From Squalus acanthias (lineage: Eukaryota), in the NCBI GenBank assembly GCA_030390025.1, contig CM059432.1, positions 24,616,001-24,680,000 on the forward strand: DNA of 64,000 nucleotides, in the 5' to 3' direction. Of this stretch, positions 14,015 to 25,080 are shown one piece after another. Made by a program: the position numbers and the translations under genes. Under the pieces are notes generated by a model. The model was not told the DNA's origin. It did no database searches and was given only the letters and a program-made list of their open reading frames with translations. How positions within the stretch are numbered: the first letter of the stretch is position 1; the number at the start of each line of letters is the position of its first letter.

Positions 14015-14758
14015 GGCCCAGAAATTGATCTCGCTCTGTTCCCGCGGGGGTAAGCCTTTCCCGCGATGTCTCACCTCGCTTATGCTTTTTCTGATCCAGC
14101 TCGCACGAAATTGATGTTCCAGACATCAGCTGTGCTGGGCTTGCGTATCCCAGCGGCGTAGTTAATTCGTGCGAGCTGTGGGATCACGTGACTCAGTTAG
14201 AGCCAATGGCAGCACACCATCTTCCATTCATAAGTCTCACAGCATGGCTGAGAGACTTATGAATCTTACACCCCCCCAAAATAACAGCTAAACCTCAATT
14301 AAATTTAAAAAAAAACCCATCACATTAATAAAATAAGTATAGTTAATTAAATTAACCATTTTAAATAAAAAATTAAATTTTTGAAAAAATTTAAAATCTT
14401 TTAAAAAGTTATAAAAATAAACTTACCTGTCTTTAAAGTCTATAAAAAAGATATACCTGTAAAAAAAAATTCAAAAAAATACTTAATTCACTACTTACCT
14501 TCTTAAAAGCGGGTCTTACTCCTCCTTTTTACATTTCCAAAATCTTCAGTACTTACCTGCGCGTCCAAAGCATGAAGTGCACAGCGTGCACGCAGCCTGT
14601 AGCGCGCACGCGATGCACCCAGGCCCCGCCCCCTTTTCGGAAGAGCAATTGCCGGTTTTCAGCGCATGCGCAGGGCATGCAGAAAACCGGCAATTGGAGT
14701 GGGAATACGCGAGAGTATGCAGTGCGTACTCTCGCGCACCGAGATCAATTTTCGGCCC
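14015..14758 (+). mobile_element. 744-bp PIF/Harbinger-type MITE, copy A
   Basis: 18-bp imperfect TIRs GGCCCAGAAATTGATCTC / GAGATCAATTTTCGGCCC, TSD AAT at 14012-14014 and 14759-14761. Confidence 0.9.
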
Positions 14759-14792
14759 AATGGCTTGCTGCAACTGCACATTCACTTTCAAT

Positions 14793-15536
14793 GGGCCGAA
14801 AATTGATCTCGGTGCGCGAGAGTACGCACTGCATACTCTCGCGTATTCCCACTCCAATTGCCGGTTTTCTGCATGCCCTGCGCATGCGCTGAAAACCGGC
14901 AATTGCTCTTCCGAAAAGGGGGCGGGGCCTGGGTGCATCGCGTGCGCGCTACAGGCTGCGTGCACGCTGTGCACTTCATGCTTTGGACGCGCAGGTAAGT
15001 ACTGAAGATTTTGGAAATGTAAAAAGGAGGAGTAAGACCCGCTTTTAAGAAGGTAAGTAGTGAATTAAGTATTTTTTTGAATTTTTTTTTACAGGTATAT
15101 CTTTTTTATAGACTTTAAAGACAGGTAAGTTTATTTTTATAACTTTTTAAAAGATTTTAAATTTTTTCAAAAATTTAATTTTTTATTTAAAATGGTTAAT
15201 TTAATTAACTATACTTATTTTATTAATGTGATGGGTTTTTTTTAAAATTTAATTGAGGTTTAGCTGTTATTTTGGGGGGGTGTAAGATTCATAAGTCTCT
15301 CAGCCATGCTGTGAGACTTATGAATGGAAGATGGTGTGCTGCCATTGGCTCTAACTGAGTCACGTGATCCCACAGCTCGCACGAATTAACTACGCCGCTG
15401 GGATACGCAAGCCCAGCACAGCTGATGTCTGGAACATCAATTTCGTGCGAGCTGGATCAGAAAAAGCATAAGCGAGGTGAGACATCGCGGGAAAGGCTTA
15501 CCCCCGCGGGAACAGAGCGAGATCAATTTCTGGGCC
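14793..15536 (-). mobile_element. 744-bp PIF/Harbinger-type MITE, copy B (inverted relative to A)
   Basis: Reverse complement of copy A, with its own TSD AAT at 14790-14792 and 15537-15539. Confidence 0.9.
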
Positions 15537-16473
15537 AATGACTCATGTACAAGGACACCCAGGTCCCTTTGAGCATCTGCATTCCCCAATCTTTCCCCAT
15601 TTAGGAAATACTCTGCCTCTCTGTTTTTTCTACCAAAGTGGATACCTTCACATTTATCCACATTATAATCCATCTGCCATGTTCTCGCCCACTCACTGAG
15701 CCTGTCGAGATCCCCCTGAAGCCTCTTCACATCCTCTTCACAACTGACACTGCCACCTAGCTTTGTATCATCAGCAAATTTGGAAATGTTACATTTAGTC
15801 CCCTCATCCAAATCATTGATATAGATCGTGAATAGCTGGGACCCAAGCACCGATCCTTGCAGTACCCCACTAGTCACAGCATGCCATTCTGAAAAAAGAC
15901 CCGTTTATCCCTACTCTTTGTTTTCTGTCTGTTAACCAATTCTCAATCCATGCTAGTATATTACCCCCAATTCCATGTGCCCTAATTTTGTTCACCAACC
16001 TCTTGTGTGGGACCTTATCAAAGGCCTTCTGAAAATCCAAATACACCACATCTACCGGTTCCCTTTTGTCTACTCCACTAGTTACATCCTCAAAGAACTC
16101 CAATAGGTTTGTCAAACAGGATTTCCCTTTCAAAAATCCATGTTGACTCTGTCCAATCTTATTATTAGTTTCTAAGTGCCAAGTTATTGCATCCTTTATA
16201 ATAGATTCCAGCATTTTCCCAACTACTGATGTGAGGCGAAGAGGTTTGTAGTTCCCCGTTTTCTCTTTCCCTTCTTTCTTAAGTAGCGGGGTTACATTTG
16301 TTATCCTCCAATCTGCAGGAACCGTTCCAGAATCTATAGAATTTTGGAAGATGACAACCAAATTCTCTATCAGTCAGCTCCCCACAGGGAACAGTTACTA
16401 AAACTGCACCAATAAAAAATTCCATCAAGTTCTGTTATTGGATATTATTATTGCAGAATTCTTTTCTGCAATA

Positions 16474-16541
16474 AGTTTTATATGGATAAAGTTTACACAA
16501 TTGTAGAACCACAATTGTGTAAACTTTATCCATATAAAACT
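16474..16541. repeat. Perfect inverted repeat, 31-bp arms, 6-nt loop
   Basis: AGTTTTATATGGATAAAGTTTACACAATTGT-agaacc-ACAATTGTGTAAACTTTATCCATATAAAACT. Confidence 0.95.
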
Positions 16542-17389
16542 ACAGCCATAAAAAAAACTTAAAGCAGTGATGAGAGGTTTTTAATTCACCTTTGCGGCCT
16601 TCCCCCATAACTTTACTTCCCTTACCTCCTGAAGATAGCAACTCACCCTGGGCTACTGTTCTATAGGCGCCACCGGTCCTCCCTCTGTCCAACTGACTAT
16701 GTTTTACATTTCATGGCGGCTAGTAGCTTGCGTGATATTTTCTCATATTCAAAGAGATAAAGCAAGAAAAATGCTTGGAATTACCAGCGATGTCCATCAT
16801 ACATGTGTGAGATCACCATTTTGAGGTGAGAAGTCACAATGTCAAACGTGAGATGCCCTTTAAAAGCAGGACAGTTAACAGAACGGCATGATAAATTTGA
16901 CTGAGCAGAAATATGAAAACAGAAATTGAGATTCCTTTCGGGAATGTCATGCTCATGAAGATGAGCAATGTTCCTCCTGAGATATGGGATATGGAACATT
17001 TTCTCAGTATCAGCATCAACTTCTCCCTGGTCAGTTTAAATGCAGAATAAAGCTCTCCTACTCTGCCCAAAAAAGTCTCCTACCTCACACAGCAGCAGTA
17101 CAACGTTTTTCCATCACTTACATGAGCCATCCTTGTGGTGCATCTATATATGACTAATTTAGTGCCAGTTATCATTAAATTAGGAGCAGTTTCATATTGT
17201 GGGATTATCTATTTTTTAAATTTGTTTATGGGATGTGGGCGTCGCTGGCAAAGCCAGAATTTATTGCCCATCCCATATATATTAGGAACCACGTTATGAA
17301 TGTTTAATCTCAATTCATACAGGACACTGAATGATCATCGACTCTTAGTTTGGGTTTCACCAGGACCACTTGGCTCCGAACCTCATAAA

Positions 17390-18245
17390 AGTCTTGTTCC
17401 AAACATGGACACAAACGCTGAATTCAAGTGGTAAGGTGAGAGTGACGGCCCTTGATATCAAGACAGCATTCGACTGAGTGTGGCACCAAGGAGCCCTAGT
17501 AAAATCTAAATCAATGAGAATCAGGGTATAATTCTTCAGTGGCTGGAGTTATATACGGCATGAAGGATGATGGTTGTGGTTGTTGGACTCCAATTATCTC
17601 AACCCGGGGACATAATTGAAGGAGTTCCTCAGAGCAGCTGTCTAGACCTAATTATCTTCAGCTGCGTCATTAATGACCTTTCCTCCATCATAAGGTCAGA
17701 AATAGGGCTGTTCACTGATATTTGCAGTGTTCAGCTCCATTCACATTTCCTCAGATAATGAATTAGTCCATGCCCTCAGGCATTAAGACCTGGACAGCAT
17801 CCAGGCTGGGCTGATAAGTGGAAATAACATTTGTGCCACGCAAGTGCCAGGCAATGACCATCTTCAACAAAAGAGAGACTAACCACTTCCCCCTGGCATT
17901 CAGTGGCATTACCATTGCCGAGTCCCCCACCATCAATTTTCTAGGGGTAATCATTGACCAGATTGGACCAGCCACATAAATTCAGTAGCTACTACAGCAG
18001 GTCAGAGGCTGGGTACCCAACTCCTGACTCCCCCAAGCCTCTTCACCATACATGGCATAAGTGAGAAGTGTGATGGAATACTCTCCACTTGCCTGGATGA
18101 TGCAGCTGCAACAACACTCAAGAAGCCTGATACCATCCATGACAAACCAGTCTTTGAATGGCATGGCATTTACTAGCTTAACCATCCACCCCCTCCACCA
18201 TCAGCATACCGTGGCTGCAGTGTGTACTATCTAAAGGATGCAAAG
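17390..18245 (+). mobile_element. Degenerate non-LTR retrotransposon RT region (CR1/L2 group, a family distinct from the main CR1)
   Basis: ALDIKTAFD*VWH, GVPQSSCLDLIIFSCVINDL, FTDI motifs, with many stops and frameshifts. Confidence 0.8.
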
Positions 18246-18249
18246 TCAA

Positions 18250-18690
18250 TGGGTTTTGTCCTCATTTAAATTAGATCAGCGAGCAGATGTAAATTTTGGC
18301 CGCTGGGCCGGCAGTGGTCCTATGCTTGGTCCTGGGAGGGGGAATGCTGGGGCCATTTGAGAGGGAGGGGACAATCATTAGGGAGGGAGGGCGCGATCAA
18401 GAGGGAGGGAGGCGATTGGGAGGGGGCCGAGCAGGGATAGGTAACAGTCTTCAGGACTGCTGTGGAGCCTGGAAAAGCACTGCTGCTCCTCCCGGACCCG
18501 CATTCAGGTAAGTATCTGTTAAGAAACTTACCTTTTTGGTGACAGCCTCCAGCGTAACCTCTGGCTAGGCCGCATGCAGACTCTGTTATCCTGAATGCAG
18601 CAAGCTCATCGTCGGCTGCGGTTCTATAACGAGCGTGCGATCCACTCTGCCGATATATCATCCAAGCAGTGAACGTGAAAGTCACCCCTT
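18250..18690. mobile_element. MITE-like remnant
   Basis: GC-rich body resembling 43585-44177 and 51591-51945, opposed donor motifs, terminus GAAAGTCACCCC. Confidence 0.45.
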
Positions 18691-19384
18691 ACTATGATTG
18701 TACAATAGCGACCAATAATAATTTCTACTCACATATTTGAAAATAATGTAGTCAGCTTTCAGCTGATAGGATTCCACATTACATAATATACTGTTACATG
18801 ACTCACTACACCTTAACATCATTAGGCTCATAATTCTGATGCAAAGCAAATGTATGTCTTTAAGAGTGTGCGTGTTTAAAATGACGGAACATTAACAGAA
18901 GGATCAGTGAAACAAAATAACCAAATTGCTTCAGGCAGCCAGGCATAATCCCTAGTAAAAGCTCTTCAGTCCTATTTACAACAAATGAGCATCAGGAGAT
19001 CAAAATGATACGAGAGTGAGCTGTTAGAAGTGTCATTTAAGAGACAGCTTCGTGCCATTAATGGTGTAAGTGTAGAGCCTGCATTAAGTGGGCAACTGAA
19101 GTGCAAAAGACATTTTAAAAAGCAAAATTACAGCTGTGTACCAAACAATATAAGAGGCGATTTTTTTGCGTTTGTGTTTCAGGTGGGGAGTTGCACACAA
19201 TGGTGGCATGTGACTTTCTGGCCATCAACGCGCGCTGCCGACCGGCTAGACTTCCCCTCCACCTCATCGCTGGAAGTGCAAAATCGGTAAAACGGGTTGT
19301 ACTGTATCACAATCACAATAATTCATTTGCTTTATGTTGGACTAAGAGATATGTTACCATATTACCATACCCTGCTTTACTACA

Positions 19385-19512
19385 CAAGTATTTCCACAAA
19401 CTCCGTTCCCTAGCAACCGACTGCCATCTCTTTCCCTGGCCATTATCTGAGGTTGAATCAGCATCTTTGCAACCTTGGTGTCCTGCTTCACCCTGAGTTG
19501 AGCTTCTGACCA
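19385..19512 (+). mobile_element. L2 LINE internal fragment
   Basis: HKLRSLATD...NLGVLLHPELSF-type RT thumb remnant across a frameshift. Confidence 0.55.
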
Positions 19513-19936
19513 GAGAGGTATGTCAGAGCCTGTGAAAATGGATGAACACATCTTGGCATGTATGCCCAGTGGGGTTGGAGTTTGGCCTTTACCACCTGGG
19601 CATTAACAGTCATCGGGGTGGAATGCAAAAAGATAACTCTGTCTGGGAATGATTACATGTTAGTAATGGAACTTACCTGATCTTCCTTCCACTGAAATTC
19701 ATGGCAGGAAATTCCGGAAGATTCTGTAAAGTGCCTGGGATCCACTCCACCGGATTTTCCCTTCTACGCTTCGCCCAGGCAAAGCTTAACAAAATGTCTG
19801 TAATGACAAAAATCTACTTCATCGACACTTGTTCACACTTGCTTTCTTTCTTTCATGCAATTGAAAGCATAATATACTTTGAAGCTATCGAGGAACCATC
19901 TGACATTATGCTTGGTCTGATATTCACATATTCTAT

Positions 19937-20600
19937 TGATGCCAAAGCTGGGTGAGGAGGATGCAAGGAGGCTTCAAGGGGAAATAGACAGGCTAAGTGA
20001 GTGGGCAAGAACATGGCAAATGGAATATAATGTGGAGAAATGTGAAGTTATCCATTTTAGTAGGAAAAATAGAAAAGCAGAGTATCTTTTAAATGGTGAG
20101 AGATTGGGAAATGTTGGTGTTCAGAGGGACCTGGGTGTCCTTGTACAAGAATCACTGAAAGTTAACATGCAGGTACAGCAAGCAATTAAGAAAGAAATTT
20201 GTATGTTGGCCTTTATTACAAGATAATTTGAGTATAAGAGTAAAGACATCTTACTGCAATTATATAGGACCCTGGTGAGACCACACCTGGAGTATTGTGT
20301 ACAGTTTTGGACTCCTTAGCTAAGGAAGGATAAACTTGCCATAGAGGGAGTGCAACTAAGGTTCACCAGACTGGTTCCTGGGATGGGGGGATTGTCCTAG
20401 GAGGAGAGCTTGAGTAGACTAGGCCAATATTCTCTAGAGTTTAGAAGAATGAGAGGTGATCTTATTGAAACATACAACATTCTTACAGGGCTTGACAGGG
20501 TAGATGCAGGGAGGATGTTTCCCCTGGCTGGGGAGTCTAGAACCAGGGGTCACTGTCTCAGAATAAGGGGTCGGCCATTTAGGACTGAGATGAGGAGAAA
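19937..20600 (+). mobile_element. CR1 LINE fragment
   Basis: RLQGEIDRLSEWARTWQMEYNVEKC...RRMRGDLIETY...RGRPFRTEMRR. Confidence 0.95.
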
Positions 20601-21306
20601 GCAAAGTACTTTCACCTCTGTCTGCAGATGATAGTGTGTGGCTACCAGTGGATGGACTCAGAGTAAATGATGTAGTGCCTAATCTGCCTTGCATCGCTCC
20701 GTAGGGTCTTTTCTTCCTCTTCAAGTAAGATGGGTGGAATTCCCATCGAAATACCTATTAATCCCATTAGCAGTGCTGGGGGGAAGCAACTAGCACAACA
20801 GCTTTTGTCGGCCTAAGTGCCTGCAGGAAAAATAAAGAAAAATGAGAAGAAATGGTAAAGAAATAACGTGCAGGACCAACAAGCCCGCAAATGAATATTC
20901 AAATGAAGTGCTCGCCTGTTTAAAGCGGGCACTTTCACCACCACTGGTCCTGTCCACCAGAAATATGTCTGTGTCCAAACTGGGCAGAGTCCAGAGGACA
21001 CAGCATACGACTGAAGTGGGGTAAATCGAAAATGAATCTGAGAAAACAATTTTTCAGTGAGTGAGTGGTCAATCTATGGAGCAGGTTACCTAGGGGCTGG
21101 TGGAAGCAGTTAGTAGTGATTCATTCAAATGCAAATTAGATATATTTCTTTCAGAAAATAACATTTTGGGATACACTATATGAGTCATTTGGGACATGAC
21201 ATGTGCTAAGTGTAGCATGCTTGGGAGAAACAGGTGACTTTGGACGTATGGTACCCAAAGTTCTCCACCACTTGGGTTTTTCTTGCATCACATCAACAAC
21301 TTCAAT

Positions 21307-22043
21307 GGCCCGTATTTTCCGATCGGAGGCTTCCTGCGTGCGGAGGCCTCCGATCTGGAAAAAATCTACAGACTTACCTGAGGGCTCCCAAGGTGCATAT
21401 GCTTCCGTTCCTGGGCTTCTCCAAACTCGAAATCCCAGAGGCGCATACGATTCACAAGCATCCCTGGGATCACGTGGGCCATGGGGAGCCAATAGGAGAA
21501 GGGAATCTCCCTTCATACACTTGACAGATAGACCTGTCAAATATATGAATGGAGATCACTGAAAAACACTGTAAAACATTAAATACATTTTTTAAATCAC
21601 ATTTTTAAAATGAGTTCAAATTACAATAAATTAAATATTATAAACAAAAATTTTATTTTTTGAAAAAAATAATTAAAGTTTTTTACGGGGTTAAAAATAA
21701 ACTTACCTTTTCTAAAGTATTTTTAAATGATAAATGAGTGTAAATTTTTTTTTTTTACTTTTTTCAACTCTTATGCTGGTAAAAGCAGGCTTTACACCTG
21801 GTTTTACCAGGCATAAGATTTCTAAGGGTTTTCTGCGGGCAGAGGTTCTCCAGAAAGTGGAACTACCTGCCCACAGAGGCACTTCTCCAGGGCAGGCGTC
21901 CGATCTATCAAGAGCATTCTTGACAGATCGGAAATACCAGTATTCAGCGCAAGCGCTTGGCATGCCTGAAACCGGCATTTCCGATGTCCCTACGGGTGTG
22001 TACACAGAGCATACACACCCGTAGGCATCGGAATACACGGCCC
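21307..22043. mobile_element. 737-bp Harbinger-type MITE related to the 744-bp family
   Basis: TIRs GGCCCGTATTTTCCGAT / ATCGGAATACACGGCCC, flanks AAT / ATT. Shares GGGATCACGTG..GAGCCAAT and AAAAATAAACTTACCT with 14015-14758. Confidence 0.8.
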
Positions 22044-22439
22044 ATTATCATTGTATCTTGTGAGTATCAGGATTGTAGAAGGCAAACCAAATGGACCTTG
22101 GTCTCTTTCTGTCTAGTATTTCCTGTGTTCATATGCTCCTGATGGGCCAGGTCTTACCCCTATGTTTTGTTCACACCTGCCCAAAAGCTACTAGAAGACC
22201 TTGGCTCTTAACTGTAAACTCATAGGATTTGTAATGTGATCACATCCCCAGAAAAGTCCCCTGCTCATTCTTGGGAACGTTGGGAATGTCACATTTGATT
22301 ATAAGTGATCATCAGGATGTCCCACGTGGAAATCTGTCATCAGATGTTGAAAGCTGAGGGATTGGGTTAGATTCTTTGATCACTCAACCGTGGGGAAATC
22401 AGGACGCATAATTTACTTCACAGTAAAAAAAAAAATTAA

Positions 22440-22710
22440 TTATTAATGGTCTGCTTTGCGTTTAGAGCTGTTAGTAAAAAGCACTTGATGCAGCGTTCAG
22501 TTTTGGGCACTGCACCTCAGGGGGGATACATTAGCCTTGGAGGGGGTGCAGCGCAGATTCACCAGAATGAGACTGAACTTAGAAGTTTGAATTATGAGTA
22601 CAGATTGCATAAACTTGGCTTGTATTCTCTTGAGTGTACAAGATTGAGGGCTTATCTGATCAAGGTGTTTAAAATGTTAAAAGGATTCGATAGGGTAGAT
22701 ACAGAGATAC
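22440..22710 (+). mobile_element. Degenerate CR1 fragment
   Basis: LNYEYRLHKLGLYSLECTRLRAYLIKVFKMLKGFDRVD. Confidence 0.85.
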
Positions 22711-24641
22711 TCCCCCCCCCCACCCCCAGCAATTACCTGCGGGCCACTGCTGGCGAGACGGGCGGCTCGAAATTGGAACCAACAGAAGAGCAAGATGCCT
22801 GTGGAGGCGCGACAGGTGTTGGCAGCTTGCCCACATTTTTTTTGATGAGTTCCAAGGCCCAATTCGGAGCGGCTTTATGCGTCCTGGTTCGGGCGCACGT
22901 TGTAACTGCATCAGTACCTTGGAGCTCGAAACCGGGCGTCGACGAATTTTTACTCCACATGGTCGACTTACTCAATAAACCGTCAGGCAAGCTGCATCAG
23001 ATAACTTTTTGCAACACAAGAATTTTTAGTAGTCGGCTTTTTGGCTGAACAAGCCGATGCCTTTTCAATCGAAATAAACCTTTCTGCCACCTCAGGCAGT
23101 GATATTGTGTGGTAGAGGGAAAACAAAGACGTTTAACCCGAATAATCTAGCGCGAAACAACAGGGAGTGAAAAATGCTTATTCATTTTAGAACACAGCTC
23201 AAAGCTCAGTGCAAAATCCTCCTGTCTCTGTGCAGTTTTGACTCCTTTGAACCAGTTCACAGGAATTTTCACAAATATACAAGAACACAATTTTTTTAAA
23301 AAAGCAAAATCCACCATAAAAAAATTCCAAAGCCAAACATTCAATATTTAGACAAACTCAACTCATTAATTAGCAATCGCACTTTCCCACAAGGTGGCTG
23401 ATGTGGGAAATGGGAAACATATCACGCTGGTTCAGTAGGGGATGCTCTTCTGAAGTTTGAAGTGAGACACATTATTGGTGCAAAATAGAAGGAGCTCTAC
23501 TCTGGCCCCAACCATGCTGTACTTGATCTGGGAGTGCTTGATGCTGACATTGAGTGCCTGAACTGTTCCAGTTCCCAGCAATGAAATTCTTACTTTTTTA
23601 AACTGTATGTTAGTTAAAAAAAATGTAAAGAGATCCAATACTTTGCATTAATAAGTATGCATGAAATTCAAATGAAATAGCAAACCTCAAACACCAGTAA
23701 TTTGAAACAAAATAGCAGCCAGTCTTTCACTAATATTAACGAGCATGCAGATGTACTTAATGATTTGTGTTGCACAATGCTGTTATGCTGTGAGTTTTAT
23801 TTTGCTTTTTATTAAGTGTCAACTTTGCTCAGTTGATAGTACTCTTATCTCTGAACCTAGAAGTTGGTGGGTTCAAACTCCATTCTATAATTTAGCCACA
23901 TAACCTAGGTTGACAACAGGTGCAGCACTGAGAGAACGCTGTATTGCTGGGACACTGTTGTATGCAAATAACAACAATGACTGCAATTTATTGTATATCA
24001 AGTGCTTTAAAACATTATGAGGAACATAATAAGGGGCTATATAATGCCATTTCTTTCTTATTGTTGTGATTTTTCCTTTCAGGATTTCAGACTTCTGGGC
24101 CACCTTACTTTTCCATCAGGAGCCATTAGAAAACATTCCCAGGGGAAAAAATTTGTCCCCTTACTGCCTCCTGTTAGTGCCAGCAGATGGCGCTAACAGG
24201 GCACGAGAGCAGTATCGCCGGCGCGAGGCGAATCCCGCGCCGCATGCCAAATCCCGACCCCACCCCCCGTAGCGCCAACAGCAAGAGGTATCACCGGGAA
24301 TCTGAACGTCAGATGGATCGTGACGTCAGTGAGTGTACAACGCTCACTGGCCGCCCAATCTACAAAATTGATTCTCGCCATTTACCTTAGTGCCTGGAGT
24401 AAACACCGACAGGGAGAGCTGGTGTGAAGCACCAGGAAGCTAGCTCCAGGGATGTTATTTAAAGGGATCATCAGTAATCACTTGCAGCTGTCAGGTTAAT
24501 GCAATTTCAGTGGTTTCTTCACATACTGTAACAGTTTCATTCAGTAATTTCAAGGTTCTTTTGTATCAGGAGTCTTGTGGCAACTAAAAAGTAGCTACAT
24601 TTATTCTTCAAAGAATCAAACTGCTACACTTGGTAACATTA

Positions 24642-24915
24642 ATGGGGGCTGTACTGGCATGCCACCTCACCCTCCAGGATCTACAGTGAAGGGAGCGTAG
24701 GCAGCGAGAAGGACAGGAACATGTGCACAGAGAAATGAGGAGGGACATCAGGGCTCTCACCAGGAGGCCTTACCTTCCGAGGGTATTCCGAGAACACTTC
24801 TCCTACCTTCAATTAAGCGAGGAGCAGTATATTAGGCAACTCCGCCTCACCAAGGAGGTGGTCACAGAACTCTGCCATCTCCTCCAAACAGACCTCCAGC
24901 CTCACACCAGGATGA
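24642..24915 (+). pseudogene. Harbinger transposase N-terminus (HARBI1-like), catalytic DDE region deleted
   Basis: RPYLPRVFREHFSYLQLSEEQYIRQLRLTKEVVTELCHLLQTDLQP matches the N-terminal helical region of HARBI1-like transposases. Homology stops abruptly, and AATAAA follows at 25031. Confidence 0.8.
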
Positions 24916-25080
24916 CTAAAAGCCCAGATCCACTTTGCTCACCACATCCCCATCATTCCATCCCTCTTGCAGGCTGTATCACGCCGCAAAGCTGAAATGA
25001 CAGACACCACAAAAGAATGGTAAGTGAATTAATAAATTTATCAAAAATCAGTGATCACATTTTTACACCAAAGGTATTAA

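Larger units (their letters stand above)
13357..16361 (-). mobile_element. 5'-truncated CR1 LINE (RT domain to 3' tail) interrupted by two MITEs
   Basis: ORFs with YLDFQKAFDKVPH, QGSVLGSQLF, KFADDTK, RPHLEYCVQFWSP, and a tandem 3' tail at 13357. Confidence 0.95.

Noticed and set aside
14546..15005. Near-identical 142-aa ORFs on both strands
   Set aside because: A by-product of the MITE palindrome in GC-rich sequence. Non-ATG start and no domain signature.
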